A stretch of 41,330 nt of DNA from Promethearchaeota archaeon (lineage in GTDB: Archaea > Asgardarchaeota > Lokiarchaeia > Sigyniarchaeales > SOKP01), in assembly GCA_016839745.1 (NCBI GenBank), contig JAEOTS010000179.1, positions 1-41,330 of the forward strand. Direction: 5' to 3'. Of the stretch, positions 16,793 through 26,064 are shown one piece after another. Position numbers and translations under genes: made by a program. The notes under the pieces are model-generated. The model did not search any database and was not told where the DNA came from. It worked only from the letters and a program-made list of their open reading frames with translations. Each line of letters begins with the position of its first letter. The stretch's first letter is position 1.

Positions 16793-17989
16793 ATGTCAAA
16801 TAAGGATAAGAATCAATTACTTCCATTAATTCTAGACGTTGGTAGTGATAATTTCAGACTAGGATGGGCTGGAGGAGATTATCCCGATCTTATTGCTCCA
16901 AGCGTCTATGTTGATATCAATGATTATTTATTCAGTTCTAATATAATTGCATCTGACACGATAGATGGTCTAGAAGATATATTTTTAGATACAAATAATC
17001 AAACTCATTTAGTTGGTCACAATGCGTTAAAGTATCAAAATATTTTAAAAGTTCGTGAGTTTAGTAAAGAGAGTAATTATAATATTCTTTTAAAATTTTT
17101 TTATCACTATTATCACCACTTAAATATTAAAGAGGATTTCCAATTTAAGCAACCAATTATAATTATCACTCCATTCTATAAATCAGAGTTAGAAAAAACA
17201 AAATTTCAAGAAATATTCTTTAATTCTTTAAATTTTCCTTATCTCCTTTTTTTACCAGAAACCCAGGCTATTTTATCAACGTTACAAAAATCCAGCGGGG
17301 TAATCGTTAATATTGGAGAGTCTTACACCTATATATCAACAATTTTTCACGGTTTTACCAACATAATGGCTAGAGACATGTTTCCAATAACAGGATCCGA
17401 TATAACTAAGTATTTTTTAAACTTAATTTTAAGCAAAATTAGTGCAACTAAAAATATTTACCTTGATAAAGCAATAGCAAAAGAGATCAAAGAAAAAATT
17501 TCTTTATGTGTACTTGATCCTAATGGAGAAAAAAAGAGAGTAAAGGAAGGCTTAACAAAATATGATCGGGTAGTCGATCTGCCAGACGGTAGTAAATTAA
17601 ATCTAAATTCAGAACGGTTTTTATTGTCTGAGCCTTTATTTGACCCGAAAATTATTCATGTAGATTACATGAGTATAGCTGAAGCAATATCAAAAGCAGT
17701 AAAATCATGGGATAGAGAAAATTGGGAAGAACTTCTGGCAAATGTTGTTCTTTCGGGGGGAAGCAGCCTTATATCTGGTTTGAGTGAAAGATTAGAAGTA
17801 GAACTACAAAAACATTTTTCAGAAAAACTAAAAAACAAAATCAAAGTAGTAGCGGCATCAGGTAGAGAAAATATGAGCTGGATTGGAGCCTCAGTGTTAT
17901 ATTCAAAAGACCAATTAAAAAAAGGCTGGATAAGCAATCCCAATCTGAACGAGCCTGATCAGCAACAAGAAGATCAATCAACATCTTAA
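16793..17989 (+). CDS. Actin-related protein (divergent Asgard actin family)
   Basis: LILDVGSDNFRLGWAGGDYP (phosphate-1), GVIVNIGESYT (phosphate-2), ITGSDIT, KEIKEK, LPDG, ERF..SEPLFDP, NVVLSGGSS (adenosine) and SWIGASVL are all collinear with actin. Confidence 0.93.
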   Translation: MSNKDKNQLLPLILDVGSDNFRLGWAGGDYPDLIAPSVYVDINDYLFSSNIIASDTIDGLEDIFLDTNNQTHLVGHNALKYQNILKVREFSKESNYNILLKFFYHYYHHLNIKEDFQFKQPIIIITPFYKSELEKTKFQEIFFNSLNFPYLLFLPETQAILSTLQKSSGVIVNIGESYTYISTIFHGFTNIMARDMFPITGSDITKYFLNLILSKISATKNIYLDKAIAKEIKEKISLCVLDPNGEKKRVKEGLTKYDRVVDLPDGSKLNLNSERFLLSEPLFDPKIIHVDYMSIAEAISKAVKSWDRENWEELLANVVLSGGSSLISGLSERLEVELQKHFSEKLKNKIKVVAASGRENMSWIGASVLYSKDQLKKGWISNPNLNEPDQQQEDQSTS

Positions 17990-18020
17990 TGAAAAATAAT
18001 AATTAGTTTTGGTAGATTGA

Positions 18021-20609
18021 ATGGTTATTAACTTAAAAACAAAAAACGATTTTTTAGTAGAATTTCAGCAAAAAATCATACAAGGAAGAAAGTTGTTACA
18101 TTCAGCAAATCATCTCTGGGCTGATCGTTTACTAACTGATTTATATTTTGAAATCGAAAAAACAGAATGGCTCAATATCCAAAAAAAACACCAACTAATT
18201 ATGATTATATCAAATTCATGGTGGATATATATTAATTCTTTGATTCACAGAACTGAAGAAGGAATTGATATTGATTTCATAAGATATATTGATGGTTACA
18301 AACGTTTCTTTTCGTTCTTATCCAAATTAGATGATTTTTATATGTTAAATAACTTCGCAACTACCCTATTGAAATCGTTTATTAAAATGGATTCTCTATC
18401 TCAAACGGGTATTACGAAATTCATTAATTCTTTCTGTGTTAAAGTAAAGGAAAGGGGGGAATACATCAAGCTTATTGAATTACAAATGGTTTTGATGTAT
18501 TTAAGAAAATCCGTTATCCCACAAGAATTTTTTCACCTAAGTATGGAAGTGTTAGGTAGAACAATATATAAGTTAGACCCGAGTAAACGAGCGTTATTTC
18601 TTTATGTATTTATCGAAAATGTTAATAATCATTATCAGCTTATAGAGAATTCCGAGGATTTCGTTAAAGAAATGAATAAGATATTAGTAAATCGAATCCC
18701 TGGATATTTAAAGAATGAATTTAGTAATATTGGGAAAATCACGATTAACGAAAGAAATTTTAGCACAATTGTAGGAGAGTTAGAGGAACTCATTTATTAC
18801 ATGAACAACATTGGAGAATATGCTTGGATTATAATTTTAATTAAAAATTTATATTCTAAAATTCATGCTTATCAATCCTATGGGGATGCTGTTACTTATA
18901 TTAGGAAATTTATAGATTTCGCGATAACTAGGAATAGATTTGAAATAGCTTTTGATATCTATGATTTTTTAGAAGACTTATTTTTGTATCAAACTGATCT
19001 TGGATATGATAACATTTTAATCGAATTATGGGTTGAGGCTTGTAAGAAATTCGTAGAAATGAAGGAAAAGAAATATCTTTTGCAATCTCTGGAGAAGTTA
19101 AACACTCATTTAAAAATTCCTCAAACTAACGCGCAAATATATCATTTCTTTTATACTTGTAATTTCTTATGGCAATTTAAGTCACTATTCTTCTCGTTAG
19201 AGCAAAAAGATTTCTGGAGAATGATGTTTTATCGTGCCATATATGAGGAAAAAGATTACGATTTAGCTCAAAAAATATTACCTTACTTGGATAAGAATTT
19301 GGTAGTGTTGATTAACAACCCATTATTGTTACATAACAACACCAAAGATCTTGTAAGAGATATCTATTCATTTGGAGAAGATGATGATATCTTCGCAGGA
19401 TTTGAGGAGGGCTTTGTAATAAAGCAAATGGTATTTAGAATAAACACTGAAGGGCTAATATCTGTTCGAATGATATCTCACGAAAATAAAATAGTCGAAG
19501 GAAAAATTCATGATGAATATTGGAACGATGCTCAAATAATCGATTTATATAATGATATCTTCTCAGATAGTCTTGTAAAAACCTATAATTTTACGGTTAA
19601 CGAATTTGGCAGATTGTTGTATATTTTTCTCCCTAAAAAAATACGAACATTTCTAAAACAGTTTGAAATAAAATCTTTAAACACCATCCCTGAAGTTTAT
19701 TTTATATTAGACGAAATGACAATTCCCTTTGAATTAATTTATGACAATAATTTTTTCTTATTAAAGTACTCCATTGGTTATATAATTGGAGAGCCTCCAC
19801 TAGGGGGTATCACATTTGGCTACGAACCTGAAGAACAGAAGGATAAGTTAGAGATACAAAATAAATATAATGTTTTGATAATAGAATGCACGAATAGTTC
19901 AGAGCCTATTAGATGGAACGAAGAAATTAAAGCTAAAGAACTTATTTTCCCTTTCGAGGCGGGAATCAATGAGTTTAACTACATAACCGAGTTTTTCAAT
20001 AATCGTGAAGAAGTAGAACAAATTACTATACTAGTGGGTCCTGATTCTTCTCGAGATAATATTTTATCACACATAAAAAGTGGGTCAAACCATATCATCC
20101 ATTTTGTCGGAAATATCTTTTATTCTAAATGGAATCCCCGGGATAGCTTTTTTCTAACGAATGACAACGAGATTATCACTTTTAATGATGTTAACAATTC
20201 AATTCAATCAAATCAATCAGGTTTACGCCCTTTCCTATTTTTTAATTCTCAAATTTACGATACTCAAGGACAGAAGCTAAAAAATGTATTAAGAACTTTT
20301 GGAGAAATTGTAGAAAATTTCGATTACGAAAGAATTATCGGTATTATGTCCAGAAATTATCCTATTTTTGATAATGAAACTAATGAAATAATAGCGAATT
20401 TTTACAGTAATTTGTTTAACCAACATAGTCAAGGGATTTCTCTACTGAAAGCTCGCCAAGCATGTATGGCAAATAAAATGACCAAACTTGTAGAACAAAA
20501 ATTTAAAGATTTGTCTGCTGAAGAGGGTACCAAAAGCATTGATTTAGAAAGCTCGGTGGCAATATCTAGTTTTATTTTATATGGAAAGCCTTGGCGAAAA
20601 TTAAGTTAA
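18021..20609 (+). CDS. Alpha-helical (TPR-like) protein with a C-terminal CHAT (caspase-like) domain, catalytic dyad substituted
   Basis: CHAT motifs in order: FGRLLY, IPFELIYD, L.G..SSRDNIL, HIIHFVGN (normally HFAGHG), FLFFNSQ (normally LVFLNAC), YPIFD...FY..L...G.SLLKAR, FILYGKP. Confidence 0.8.
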   Translation: MVINLKTKNDFLVEFQQKIIQGRKLLHSANHLWADRLLTDLYFEIEKTEWLNIQKKHQLIMIISNSWWIYINSLIHRTEEGIDIDFIRYIDGYKRFFSFLSKLDDFYMLNNFATTLLKSFIKMDSLSQTGITKFINSFCVKVKERGEYIKLIELQMVLMYLRKSVIPQEFFHLSMEVLGRTIYKLDPSKRALFLYVFIENVNNHYQLIENSEDFVKEMNKILVNRIPGYLKNEFSNIGKITINERNFSTIVGELEELIYYMNNIGEYAWIIILIKNLYSKIHAYQSYGDAVTYIRKFIDFAITRNRFEIAFDIYDFLEDLFLYQTDLGYDNILIELWVEACKKFVEMKEKKYLLQSLEKLNTHLKIPQTNAQIYHFFYTCNFLWQFKSLFFSLEQKDFWRMMFYRAIYEEKDYDLAQKILPYLDKNLVVLINNPLLLHNNTKDLVRDIYSFGEDDDIFAGFEEGFVIKQMVFRINTEGLISVRMISHENKIVEGKIHDEYWNDAQIIDLYNDIFSDSLVKTYNFTVNEFGRLLYIFLPKKIRTFLKQFEIKSLNTIPEVYFILDEMTIPFELIYDNNFFLLKYSIGYIIGEPPLGGITFGYEPEEQKDKLEIQNKYNVLIIECTNSSEPIRWNEEIKAKELIFPFEAGINEFNYITEFFNNREEVEQITILVGPDSSRDNILSHIKSGSNHIIHFVGNIFYSKWNPRDSFFLTNDNEIITFNDVNNSIQSNQSGLRPFLFFNSQIYDTQGQKLKNVLRTFGEIVENFDYERIIGIMSRNYPIFDNETNEIIANFYSNLFNQHSQGISLLKARQACMANKMTKLVEQKFKDLSAEEGTKSIDLESSVAISSFILYGKPWRKLS

Positions 20610-20668
20610 AGTATTATCTTAAATTAATTATATTTAAATTTCAAATTAAGAAACTAAAATGATTAGAT

Positions 20669-21208
20669 TTGTCTGACAGAATTATAGAATTAAGAACCGA
20701 AAATTCAAGGTTAAAGAAGGAAGTTCAAAATCTAGAGAACAAAATTTTATCTTTAGTAGGGATGATAAGTTTGAAGTCTTCGGGAGGACATGAAGGTAAA
20801 AATGTACTGAATGAGCAATTAATTAACCTAATTATTTCAACAAATCGACAGTTAAACATTGTATCACCTAAGATTGATAGATTTTATGCTAACGAGATTA
20901 AGAAGTTAACACAAAAGGGAATTCCCATTTTAATAATTACTAATGATAGAGGAGGCATTCCAAAAGACTTCCAAGAGATTTATGACGATTTAAAAGCGAC
21001 AACGGGAATTAATATTATAAATAATCCCAATGTTAGATATTTATTAGTGTTCAATTCGGAGGAAGCCTTATACTCAGGAGGAGCATTAGTTAAAGAAGAG
21101 TTAGAAAAATCAATTCTGATTGTCACATCAATTAGAGAAGCTGCAAAACTTAGAAAAATAGCAGAGATTTTTAGTTTGATGCTTCCTTCGTTTATGAGGG
21201 GGAAATAA
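20669..21208 (+). CDS. Coiled-coil plus phospholipase D-like fold protein lacking the HKD motif
   Basis: Heptad N-terminus (RIIELRTENSRLKKEVQNLENKI). PLD/Nuc-fold pattern LNIVSP, KGIPILIIT; VRYLLVFNSEEALYSGGAL sits where LHAKxxxxD..AIIGSANL is expected. Confidence 0.7.
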   Translation: MSDRIIELRTENSRLKKEVQNLENKILSLVGMISLKSSGGHEGKNVLNEQLINLIISTNRQLNIVSPKIDRFYANEIKKLTQKGIPILIITNDRGGIPKDFQEIYDDLKATTGINIINNPNVRYLLVFNSEEALYSGGALVKEELEKSILIVTSIREAAKLRKIAEIFSLMLPSFMRGK

Positions 21209-21287
21209 TTAATCGATTTTTTGCATTATTATTAAGAACAACTATATTTACTTAAGTTAGTAGAAACGAGTCAAAGAGCACATTTAG

Positions 21288-23444
21288 ATGGCAGAAACAA
21301 TTGATTCTAAACAAATATCCAAATTATTTGGTTTAGGTTCAGAAATTTATAGTAAGGCTGCGAAGTTTCTAACACAACAAGGAAGTTCGAAGAATATAGA
21401 ATTTAAAAAAAAATACTATTTATGGGAATCAGTTTTTAAAAATATATATGGTAAAGAAATCAATGATGCCCTTTTTCTTAAACATTCTTACTTCGCTTCA
21501 ATTCTTAAGACACTTATACTAGTTAAAGCTAGTTCTCTAAAAGAAGTAAGCCTTATTGAAAAAGTTGATTTACCAGAATTAGCTTTTTTTTTCTGCCCTG
21601 ATTTAGAGCGTGATGTAATTAACGAAATTCAGAGGGTACTAAAAAATTCTCGCTTTTCTCCTCAAGATGTCTTTCAAGAATTATACCAACAATTTTTTCT
21701 TGTAATTACAAGACATAAAATAGGAGAATTTTACACTCCGTCGAATCTTGTTAAAGAAATGATTAATGCTACATATAAAGTCGGAATGAAAACCTTAGAT
21801 CCTTCTTGTGGTTCTGGGATTTTTTTAATAGAGCTCATTATTAAAATCTTAAAATCCAATGTTAAAAAATCATCAAAGTTTGAAGCGATTGAAAGGATTT
21901 TTGGATTTGATATCAATCCGTTGGCAACACTAACGGCGAAAATAAATATTTTATTATTACTTATTGAAGATTACGAGGTAGAGATAGGCAAATTCCCTAA
22001 AATCAATATTTTTTTAGTTGACGCTCTTTTTCCTAAGCAATACGAAAACAATTTAGGAATAACTTTATCAGAACTTTATAATTCGTTTGATTTAATCATT
22101 GGTAACCCACCTTGGTTAACTTATAAGGATATTATTAGCAAAAAGTATCAAGTTAAAATTCGAACATTATCGGGAACTCTAGGAATTAAACCTCCAAGTC
22201 AATATATTACACACATCGAGCTAGCATCGATTTTTTTTTACGCCATACCCTTATCCTACTTAAAAGTGGGAGGAAATATCTTTTTTGTACTTACTAAAAG
22301 CGTTTTAAATGGAGATCATTGCTTCAAGTTCCGTGCGTTTTCAGTTTTCAATAGAATTGAAATATGGGATTTTCCAAATAGCAATATCTTTAATGTAGAG
22401 CACATCTGTTTAAAAGCGGAATATATAGGGAAAAACACTAAAATTCAAATTTCCAAAAAATACCCAATTAAGACTAAAATTTACGATAGCGATCTTGTTC
22501 TTCAAAAAACAACTAAATACTCTAGTTTAGAATTTGATGAAAGCGGAGCGAAGATTATTCTACCCGAAGAAGAAATAGAATTCTTAGATTCGCTCTCCCA
22601 GAGCGAGTATAAATCCAAGTTCTTTCAGGGCGCGACTTTAGTCCCCAGATCTTTAGTTTTTTTTAAAACTCAAAAGATAGAAGGGAATTATCTATATATT
22701 TCTTCTGATCCTGAAGCTATTTCACGAATTAAGAAAAAATGGAAATACACCTTTCAGAATGTAAAAATTGAAAACAAATTTCAGTTTAAGACTTTTTTAA
22801 ATAAAGATTTAATCCCCTTTTATATAAAACAATTCAAAAAGGTATTTTTACCCATTAATAGAGATTTTAAATTGGACAAAAATCATCTTCGAGAAAACCC
22901 ACATGCGTTGGAATTTTATGATAAACTCAATTTATTTTACCAGGAAAACAAAAAAGAAACGAGCGCTATTAAGACTCTTTTTTTAAATTTAAATTACTGG
23001 AATAAGTTGACTAAGCAGGTCAAAAATAAGCAGTATATTGTAGTATACAACGCAAGCGGCTCACGTTTAAAATCGGCAGTTATCGATAATGAAGAAAAAA
23101 CAATCATTATCTGTTCAGAAGATTATTACTATTCTACGGACTCACAAAACGAGGCATATTATTTATCGGGTATTTTAAACTCTCCAATCCTTTCTAAAAA
23201 TATAAAATTAATTAAATCCAGCAGGCACATACATAAAAGACCGTTCTCTTTCCCTATCCCAATGTATGATCACGAGAATGAACTTCACAGAAAAATGGCA
23301 AAAAAAAGTCAAAAATATCATTCTGTTGTACAAGATTTAGTACATAACAATCCAAAGATAACATCTGAGAAAGTAAGAACGTTTATTACTCAAAAATTAA
23401 TTAAGTTGGATAACTTAACGAAAGAAGTTGTTTTTAAGATTTAA
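21288..23444 (+). CDS. N6-adenine DNA methyltransferase (type IIG/Eco57I-like MTase-TRD organisation)
   Basis: GEFYTP, motif I LDPSCGSGIF, FGFDINP, motif IV IIGNPPW, and C-terminal TRD-like YYLSGILNS. Confidence 0.88.
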   Translation: MAETIDSKQISKLFGLGSEIYSKAAKFLTQQGSSKNIEFKKKYYLWESVFKNIYGKEINDALFLKHSYFASILKTLILVKASSLKEVSLIEKVDLPELAFFFCPDLERDVINEIQRVLKNSRFSPQDVFQELYQQFFLVITRHKIGEFYTPSNLVKEMINATYKVGMKTLDPSCGSGIFLIELIIKILKSNVKKSSKFEAIERIFGFDINPLATLTAKINILLLLIEDYEVEIGKFPKINIFLVDALFPKQYENNLGITLSELYNSFDLIIGNPPWLTYKDIISKKYQVKIRTLSGTLGIKPPSQYITHIELASIFFYAIPLSYLKVGGNIFFVLTKSVLNGDHCFKFRAFSVFNRIEIWDFPNSNIFNVEHICLKAEYIGKNTKIQISKKYPIKTKIYDSDLVLQKTTKYSSLEFDESGAKIILPEEEIEFLDSLSQSEYKSKFFQGATLVPRSLVFFKTQKIEGNYLYISSDPEAISRIKKKWKYTFQNVKIENKFQFKTFLNKDLIPFYIKQFKKVFLPINRDFKLDKNHLRENPHALEFYDKLNLFYQENKKETSAIKTLFLNLNYWNKLTKQVKNKQYIVVYNASGSRLKSAVIDNEEKTIIICSEDYYYSTDSQNEAYYLSGILNSPILSKNIKLIKSSRHIHKRPFSFPIPMYDHENELHRKMAKKSQKYHSVVQDLVHNNPKITSEKVRTFITQKLIKLDNLTKEVVFKI

Positions 23445-23574
23445 TATGAATAGAAATTAAGCAATTATACTATTATTATCAATAATTTGAATTTTGCTAA
23501 AGTTTATCTTTCATAAATATATTATATAATTGAATAAGAGTGAAAAAGTAAGAACTTTTTAGTGAATATTTAAA

Positions 23575-24723
23575 TTGAATTTTACAGAATTAGGAATTAA
23601 CGATCATAACGTTAATGAGTTAAGAAGAAATAAAATTGTTAAACCCACACCTGTCCAACTAAAGGCTATTCCTTTAATTTTAAAGGGCCAAAATATTATG
23701 GCTCAAGCTAGAACGGGTAGTGGTAAAACATTAGCTTTTGTACTTCCAATAATCGAAAGCTTGAATTACACGCGTAATGAAGCTATAATTTTAGTCCCAA
23801 CTAGGGAACTAGCAACCCAAATATACGAAGTAATAAGAGATTTAGGAAATCCAAAAGTAAAGGCGCTTCCAATTTATGGTGGCGTTTCGATAAATAATCA
23901 AATAACAAAATTAGAAAATGGCATAAACATTGTTATCGGAACTCCAGGAAGAATAATCGATTTGTATAAGAGGAAAAAGCTGAGATTAAACGATATGCGA
24001 TTTGTTGTCGTTGATGAAGCTGATAGAATGTTTGACATGGGGTTTACTCCCGATGTGAAGTATATTTTAGATCAGATTCATAGCGAATACCAATTCATGC
24101 TTTTCTCTGCTACTTTTGACAACGGAATTCGAGAATTGGTGAAGAAGTATTCGAAAAATCAATTCAAATTCTTAAATTTAAGTAGAGATAACTTAACTGT
24201 TGGAAATACCAGACAGTTCTATTATATGATTGATCAATACCGTGATAAGTTTAAAACATTCCTCAAGATTCTTAGAAGAGAAAAGGCTACCCACCTTCTT
24301 GTATTCGTTAATACAAAGAAAACAGCTATGTGGTTAAGCAACAAGTTAAAATCGTTAAATAACTTCGATTACAATGTGGATCTTATCTCGGGGGATTTAT
24401 CTCAATATCAGAGAGAAAAGATTCTAAAAGCTTTTAAAGATCATCGGATAAATTTGCTCATCGCAACTGATGTAGCGGCTAGAGGATTAGACATCAATAA
24501 TATTTCTCATGTTTTTAATTACGACATTCCAAAATATCCAGAAAACTATATCCACCGTATTGGAAGGACTTCTCGTATGAATAAACTCGGAGTTGCAATA
24601 ACACTATGTGTAAAGGATGAATATGAATATTTATGCCACATTGAGGGATTGATTGATAAGGAAATTAAATTAAAAACAATATATTCCCCAGAAAGTAATA
24701 AATATCATAATCCGTTTTATTAA
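23575..24723 (+). CDS. DEAD-box RNA helicase
   Basis: Q motif PTPVQ, ARTGSGKT, PTRELA, GTPGR, DEAD, SAT, ARGLD, HRIGRTSR. Confidence 0.96.
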   Translation: MNFTELGINDHNVNELRRNKIVKPTPVQLKAIPLILKGQNIMAQARTGSGKTLAFVLPIIESLNYTRNEAIILVPTRELATQIYEVIRDLGNPKVKALPIYGGVSINNQITKLENGINIVIGTPGRIIDLYKRKKLRLNDMRFVVVDEADRMFDMGFTPDVKYILDQIHSEYQFMLFSATFDNGIRELVKKYSKNQFKFLNLSRDNLTVGNTRQFYYMIDQYRDKFKTFLKILRREKATHLLVFVNTKKTAMWLSNKLKSLNNFDYNVDLISGDLSQYQREKILKAFKDHRINLLIATDVAARGLDINNISHVFNYDIPKYPENYIHRIGRTSRMNKLGVAITLCVKDEYEYLCHIEGLIDKEIKLKTIYSPESNKYHNPFY

Positions 24724-24832
24724 AGCTAACTGAGAAGAAAAAACTTTTTGATTTACAAAGTTTAATAAATAATTATTGTTATTAGTTTATAAAATCAAAC
24801 TGCACTTTTAATTGAAATAGAGGTCATAACCA

Positions 24833-25453
24833 TTGCCAAGTAGACGAGGAGACGGTACTTTAGTCTTTAAGATTTGTTTTTATGGTCCTTCTCTCGGTGG
24901 TAAAACCACGGCACTAGAATGGGTTTATAATCGAGAAGGGCTTGCGAGTGGAGACATGCAACAAATTCAGGACCCTACTGGACGAACCTTGTTTTTTGAT
25001 CGAGTAGTAGCAAGAGTATCAAATGTAGTGTTTCAGGTTTACACAGTAGCAGGCCAACGTAGGCATAAATTCCAACGTCAAACGGTTTTAAAAGGCACAG
25101 ACGCCGTGATATTCACGTGGGACAGTCTAATAGATCAATGGGGCGAAAATATATGGTCTCTTAAAGAGCTCCTTAAATTTTATGGAAATAAATTAATTCC
25201 ACCTGCACCTTTCGATCCACCTGAAGTGCCAATAGTGGTGTTAGCAAACAAAAGAGATTTAGAAGATATAGTAGAGATTTCTAAGTTAAGACAAGTGCTT
25301 GATACCGCAAAACTTAACCATTGTTTAATCTATGAAACCATAGCTATTACCGGGGTTAATGTAAAGAGAGCTTTTGTCTACGCTGCTCGACAGGCTGTGT
25401 TAAATCACTATAAGAAGTTGAGCGGAAAATCAATGGATTCAGATCCATTTTAG
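24833..25453 (+). CDS. Small Ras-like GTPase, MglA-type
   Basis: G1 GPSLGGKTT, G2 RTLFFD, G3 YTVAGQ (MglA has TVPGQ in place of DxxGQ), G4 NKRD. GAGGT SD-like motif upstream of the TTG. Confidence 0.88.
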   Translation: MPSRRGDGTLVFKICFYGPSLGGKTTALEWVYNREGLASGDMQQIQDPTGRTLFFDRVVARVSNVVFQVYTVAGQRRHKFQRQTVLKGTDAVIFTWDSLIDQWGENIWSLKELLKFYGNKLIPPAPFDPPEVPIVVLANKRDLEDIVEISKLRQVLDTAKLNHCLIYETIAITGVNVKRAFVYAARQAVLNHYKKLSGKSMDSDPF

Positions 25454-25473
25454 TAAAAAAAATTTCTTTTTTC

Positions 25474-26016
25474 TTATAGGTAGATAATTTCAGGCTCTAT
25501 TTTTTCATTTGAAATTCTTAGATATCCATAAGAACTAATTGTTGTTAATCGATTGTCAATAGGAGTAGTAGTTCCCGGATTAAAAAATAAAATACCATCT
25601 TGTTTTTCATTAACTGGTCTATGTGTGTGTCCAAAAATTACGATATCGTAATCAGAATTAAGTAAATCTAGTTTTTTAATCAATCTTTTTATGATAATGT
25701 TTGGACCTCCCATTCCATGAAGCATTAAGACTTTAAAATTGTAAATATTAAATTCTAATTTTTCGGGTAGAATTTGCTTTAAATTGGAATCAAAGTCCAT
25801 ATTACCTCGAACGGCGATAACTTTTTCTTTACCAAATGTGTCGATAAGTTTCTCATATACCTTAAAAGAGGTGAAATCTCCCATATGAAACACATAATCA
25901 ACATTTCTTTTCTTAAAATCATCTAACACTACTTCTGGTAGGTTGTCTGTTCTCTGGGGAACATGCGTATCAGACAATAATCCAATTAAAATTTCCTCTT
26001 TATCTGTTTGTATCAT
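25474..26016 (-). CDS. Metallophosphoesterase, YfcE/MJ0936/Vps29 family
   Basis: SDTH, HMGD, VRGNMD, HG, FGHTH and NPG motifs. Confidence 0.92.
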   Translation of the reverse strand: MIQTDKEEILIGLLSDTHVPQRTDNLPEVVLDDFKKRNVDYVFHMGDFTSFKVYEKLIDTFGKEKVIAVRGNMDFDSNLKQILPEKLEFNIYNFKVLMLHGMGGPNIIIKRLIKKLDLLNSDYDIVIFGHTHRPVNEKQDGILFFNPGTTTPIDNRLTTISSYGYLRISNEKIEPEIIYL

Positions 26017-26064
26017 TCAGTTAACCTATGGAAATTAAATTAAGTCAATTAATTATATGTAAAT

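Noticed and set aside
17665-21916. Minus-strand ORFs 17665-17943 and 21731-21916
   Set aside because: Antisense to the Arp and MTase genes.
20669-23444. PLD nuclease plus MTase as an active restriction-modification pair
   Set aside because: The PLD-fold protein lacks the HxK catalytic motif.
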